A DNA stretch of 64,000 nucleotides from Mobula birostris (lineage: Eukaryota): positions 6,216,613 through 6,280,612 of the forward strand of contig NC_092392.1 of assembly GCF_030028105.1 (NCBI RefSeq). The letters are read 5' to 3'. The notes under the pieces are model-generated. The model saw nothing but the letters and a program-made list of their open reading frames with translations. It was not told where the DNA came from and ran no database searches. Both the position numbers and the translations under genes were made by a program. Position 1 is the first letter of the stretch. Each line of letters begins with the position of its first letter. This document shows, in pieces, positions 59,275 through 64,000 of this stretch.

Positions 59275-60006
59275 TGGAGAGGGCGGTGACGAGTTTTACC
59301 GGCGTGCTGAATCAGAGAGTATCTGGTGAGCGGAGACGGTGGTTAGGAGTTTTACTGGCATGCTGGATCAGAGAGTATCTGGTGAGCGGAGAGGGCGGTG
59401 AAGAGTTTTACCGGCATGCTGGATCAGAGAGTTTCTGGTGAGTGGAGAGTTTTAGGGGCATGCTGGTTCAGAGAGTATCTGGTGAGCAGAGAGGGCGGTG
59501 AAGAGTTTTACCTGCATGCTGGATCAGAGAGTATCTGGTGAGCAGAGAGGGCGGTGAAGAGTTTTACCTGCATGCTGGATCAGAGAGTATCTGGTGAGCA
59601 GAGAGGGTGGTGAGGAGTTTTACTGGCGTGCTGGATCAGAGAGTATCTGGTGAGCAGAGAGGGCGGTGAAGAGTTTTACCTGCATGCTGGATCAGAGAGT
59701 ATCTGGTGAGCAGAGAGGGTGGTGAGGAGTTTTACTGGCGTGCTGGATCAGAGAGTATTGGGTGAGCGGAGAGGGCGGTGAAGAGTTTTACCGGCGTGCT
59801 GGATCAGAGAGTTTCTGGTGAGTGGAGAGTTTTAGGGGCATGCTGGTTCAGAGAGTATCTGGTGAGTGGAGAGGGCGGTGAAGAGTTTTACTGGCGTGCT
59901 GGATCAGAGAGTTTCTGGTGAGTGGAGAGTTTTACCGGCATGCTGGATCAGAGAGTATCCGGTGAGCGGAAAGGGTGGTGTAGAGTTTTACTGATGTGCT
60001 GGATCA
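59275..60006. repeat. About 55-bp minisatellite, roughly 13 copies, with shorter variants
   Basis: gagagggcggtgaagagttttaccggcRtgctggatcagagagtatctggtgagc repeated. Confidence 0.95.
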
Positions 60007-60278
60007 GGTACAGGTACTCGATATAAGGAGACAAACCTGGATTGTTTCCTCTGATGCAGTGAAAGTCGAGGAGTGGCCTAACAGGAGTAGATCAAAACAG
60101 GAGGGGTGTGGGCAAGGCAGATAGTCTTTTCTCTGGGTACATTCTGCAATTGTTGTTTCAAGTGAACAAGGGAATGTTTAAAGGAGCAAGGTTTGTTGTG
60201 CAGACAGGAAAGTGGAAGGTTGCTGGAATGCAGCACTGGGGAGACGATATGAACGTATACAAGAGTAATGCTTGTGAG

Positions 60279-60348
60279 CAGGGTTCCAACCCGGTGTCCA
60301 CGGACCCCTCAGTAGGGGTCTATGGCATAAAAAGGTTGGGAACCCCTG
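60279..60348. mobile_element. hAT/Charlie-type MITE
   Basis: Same family; TSD CTTGTGAG/CTTTAGAG. Confidence 0.7.
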
Positions 60349-63289
60349 CTTTAGAGCCATTTGGGCATATGATTCGGCAGAGGATGGAGGGATATAGAAG
60401 CAACTGGATAAGGATAGACAGGATTGAGTGAAGGTATGAAGAGAGAACCTCTGTGGTTGAGAGCAGGCAGAAACATTGGGTCTATCTACCAGGGTAGTTA
60501 GTCCTGGTTGAGAATCTTAGGTAGGAGGTAGAAACAGGCAGTTTGAAGTCAGGACACTACTAGGATGAAGGTTCGATAGAAGCAAGTGAGAGAAAGGTTA
60601 CTGTGGGGAGAATGAAATGGGGGACTGGAGTTTCAATCAGTTTAATCACTATTTAATTTAAATAACAGAGACGAGGGGCCTTGGGGCTAACTCATGTTCC
60701 TGAAACATTAAATCTGTTCTGCTCTCTGTATATCTTAACCTGCTGAACATTTAAATCATGTTTTTAAATTGAACAAATGCATTTGCTCCAACCAACCTCA
60801 ATCACAATCATTCCAGATTTTCCACCTCACCAACTTTAGAATGTTTAATTCATTTAATTATCCAGCTGAGCTCCCAAAAACGTACAGTCACTGCCCGGGC
60901 TGCGCCTCCATGGGGTTACCGGTAACTAATGCGTGCGTGGTGAGTGGGGTGGATATTCGTACCCAGGATGAATTGTTAATGTTTAATTCATTTAATTATC
61001 CAGTCAAGATCCTGAAAACATACACTCACCGCCTCCCAGTAACCAGCCTCTCAGGTTGTGGTTCCGGAACGATTGGCCACGAAGACCCTGACGTTGATAT
61101 TTAACCCACTATCTCCAAATCTGTGACATCATAAATAGGAGCACTGCATTTTGGGCAGCATTCGTTGCCTATGATGTCACAGGTGACATCACAGAGTTTG
61201 CACTGCAGGTATAACAGTGGACACAAGACTCATTAAGAGAAATGACCAAAACACAGTCCATCAGGTTACTAAAGGTGGAGGTAAAGAAATTCAGGTCTTA
61301 ACAGAGATGATAAAGAACCCCAAAACATTCAGTGGGCATGTCAAAGGGAACTTTATCCAGAGGGGGTCAGAACATCGAACTCACTGTCCCCAAGAAAGAT
61401 TGAACTGAGGCCTTTAAGAGAAACTTTCATGAGTATTGAGCTAGGATTAGTTGAAATAGTAGTCATGTGGCAAAAGCACATGCTACTAACTTGTTCAAGC
61501 TGATGTGTGACCCCATTTTGCCAATTAAAGCAATGAGTGAGATTGAAACCTCGAGGTGAAGGTGGAAGCTGAGCACCAGCTTCCTGCCTTTTGATCACTG
61601 AGGATTGGTCTGCTACACTACTGGAGGGGGGAGAGCCTGTGGCCGTGCCCAGGTTTTCTGTGTTTCGGATGCAGACTTGGACTGTAGACCTTTCCTGATC
61701 TTATAGTTCTTGTATTGTGTTTTTTTCCTGATCTTGCTTTTTTTGTGTGGGGTTGGGGATTTGGGGGTCGATATGTCTGTTCCAATTTGTTCATTTTTTT
61801 GTGCAGGAAGAGGGATTTGGGGGCTGATGATTGTGCCTGTCTTTCTTTTCTTTTCTCTCATGGTTTCATGGCTACCCAGGGAAGAAGAATTTCAGAGTTG
61901 TATGCTCTGATAATAAATGAACCTTTAAACCATTGATCTGACAAATGAGATGGGTCAAAGAGCAAGACCTTGTCTGGTCTCATTGAATTAGATTTCACCG
62001 TTCTTAAACCTTGGTCTCCAGTGATACGCAGAGAGCACAGGGGATCCAGGAATTTGACAAACCTGGAATAATCTGGCTAAGGGGCAAAACTAAAGCCGAG
62101 GGTGAGGGCGAGGACAGGCCCAGGGGAAAAAGGTAAAGCAAACATTTTCATACATGATATGAAGGCAGGATGTACATTTTAGTCAATGTAACAACATTTA
62201 AGAGGCATTTGGACTCTAGACTGCTGGTGCAGTGTTTGAATAAACCATGTTGACTGAAAGAGGTCGTTGTTTGTCGTGAAAGAGGTGGTTGTTACAACAC
62301 TAACTCATTGCTCTACATGGTGGCCTCAGCTGAGGGTCAGATGTTTCACTCACACCTTGTTGTCGAGGATTGTAGGCTGACTAACCAATCCAGAGGAACA
62401 CAGCATTGTTGCAAGTGTCTTCCTTCAGGTACAAGTTGAGCAGAGACCCTATTTGCCTGGACAAATGGCCAGTTGATTCACCAATCCACCTTGGTTATCC
62501 TGTTCATACAAGGACAGAATTAGGGCATTTGACCCATCAAGTCTGCTCTGCTATTGGCTGATTTATTATCCCTCTCAACCCCACTCTCCTGACATCTCCC
62601 CTTAACCTTTGATGCCATTACTATGAACCTCCACTTTAAATGTACTCAAATACTTAGTTTTCACAGCCATTTTTGGCAATGAATGCCACAGGCAGATGGG
62701 AATAGGCAAATTAATGGTTCAGTACAGACTAGATGGGCCACAGGGCCCGTTTCTGTGAGGTGGTGTTCTGTGACTCTATGACAGATTCACGACCCGCTGG
62801 CTAAAGGAATACTCCTCCTCATCCCAGTTCTGAAGAGACACCCTTGTGTCCTGAAGTGTCCTCTGGCACGAGACTTTCCCACCATTGGAAACTTCCTCTC
62901 CATGTCCATTCTTTCTCAGCCTTTCAATATTTGATGTGTTTCAATGAGATCCCTGTCATCTAGGGGGTGTGCACCTAAAACGTGAGCAACTCTGTGACAG
63001 ATCAACTTGGCCCGTACTGTTGTTCGTCTCGTGTGACTCTGTAGCACCCATTAAAAACTCGATAACCATGAGTCAGTTGTTCTAAACATCCACTGCGTAC
63101 AGAGTCAACATAACCAAGACCCACCAATGGGTACCAGTAACTTTAATCCAAACCGCAATATTAATCTTAAGGCAATGGGCAGTAGAAGTATGGATAGAGA
63201 ATTAGGAAAACACTAGTAAACCGCATTGTGTGGTTGTTTAATAGATTGGAGAGTAATGTACTAGAATTGCCCAGGACTTTTCCTGATAT

Positions 63290-63470
63290 GTAGCTGGCCA
63301 ATGGTCCCAGGTTCGAATCCGGCCGGTTCCTTGCATGCACTCCATCCGTGCTGGGAGGAGTATTGACCTGGCAACTCGGCCTCGTTGAAAAAAAACAAAT
63401 GCTAAAGAAATGGCAGGGTTGCCACACAAGGCGCGGGAAGGAGCAATTTCCGATGTATATCAATGATAGA
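63290..63470 (+). mobile_element. tRNA-derived SINE
   Basis: B-box GGTTCGAATCC; body related to 10148-10440. Confidence 0.55.
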
Positions 63471-63799
63471 AGCACACAATGTTCACCTTGGAAGCACAGT
63501 GAACCGTGAAAAGGACAGTGAGGGACTTAAAAAGGGTGCAGCCAGGTTGTAGACAGATGGGTCATTAAATTTAATGCAGAAAACTGACATACTCCATTTC
63601 AGTTCAAAGAGACAGTATACATGAGAGGACACAATTCTTGAAGGGTAGGGGAATAGAGAGGTCGGTGATATACATGCATAGTTTGCTGAAAGTGAAAAAG
63701 TAGTTTAAAAGCACATGCTTTCTGGGCTTTAGAAAAGAGGCAGAAAATCCAAGAATATCATGACGAATGATAATAAAACACTAAGCCGGCCACAGCTGG

Positions 63800-63950
63800 A
63801 ACATTCTATCTAAGGTGGTCCAGTTCCGAGCAGTCTCTCCAGGGATGGTGGTCTAGTTCTAGGCTCTCTCTCTAGGGAAGATGGTCCAGTTCTGCGCACT
63901 CTCCCTAGGGAAGATAGTCCAGTTCTGGACCCTCTCTCTAGGGGAGATGT
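63800..63950. repeat. Degenerate tandem repeat of about 33 bp
   Basis: ctagggaagatggtccagttctg...ctctc, about 4 copies. Confidence 0.7.
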
Positions 63951-64000
63951 GACTTGGAAGTAACGAGCCATTCAGCTACTTCCATGTTGTAATCTTTCTG

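Noticed and set aside
59275-60006. CRISPR-like appearance of this and other arrays (24635-24857, 43155-43561)
   Set aside because: Units are contiguous tandem copies with no unique spacers, there are no cas genes, and the context is vertebrate.
61071-61082. ERSE-II element
   Set aside because: ATTGGCCACG lacks the 1-nt spacer of ATTGG-N-CCACG.
63305-63330. GGTTCGAATCC as a tRNA gene
   Set aside because: No cloverleaf; followed by a SINE body shared with 10148-10440.

Overview
Vertebrate genomic DNA with spliced genes and dense repeats. The repeat inventory (CR1/HER1-like and Rex-like LINE fragments, V-SINE/HE1-like and DeuSINE-like SINEs, Penelope-like fragments) suggests a cartilaginous fish, probably a ray; that is inference. 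Three genes can be read exon by exon: TMEM209 (minus, 13 coding exons, last exon beyond the left edge, CpG-island promoter near 26.1 kb), an intact 11-exon 418-aa carboxypeptidase A2-type gene (plus, 34510-53728) and SMKR1 (minus, main exon 55596-55844, CpG island near 58.3 kb). Between TMEM209 and CPA2 lie a full-length but disrupted RTE LINE with a 9-bp TSD, a Rex-like RT fragment and a solo LTR. I found no convincing new multi-gene system. The best leads are a pro-CPA2 linker with no tryptic Arg/Lys, internally deleted RTE derivatives that keep a 5' RNA fold, decayed Penelope-type hammerhead motifs, a minisatellite starting at a splice donor, uORFs, a GC-AG intron, a non-human CPA2-SMKR1 gene order and a duplicated promoter-like module near 61 kb. 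Homology calls are from recall of the families, not from database searches.
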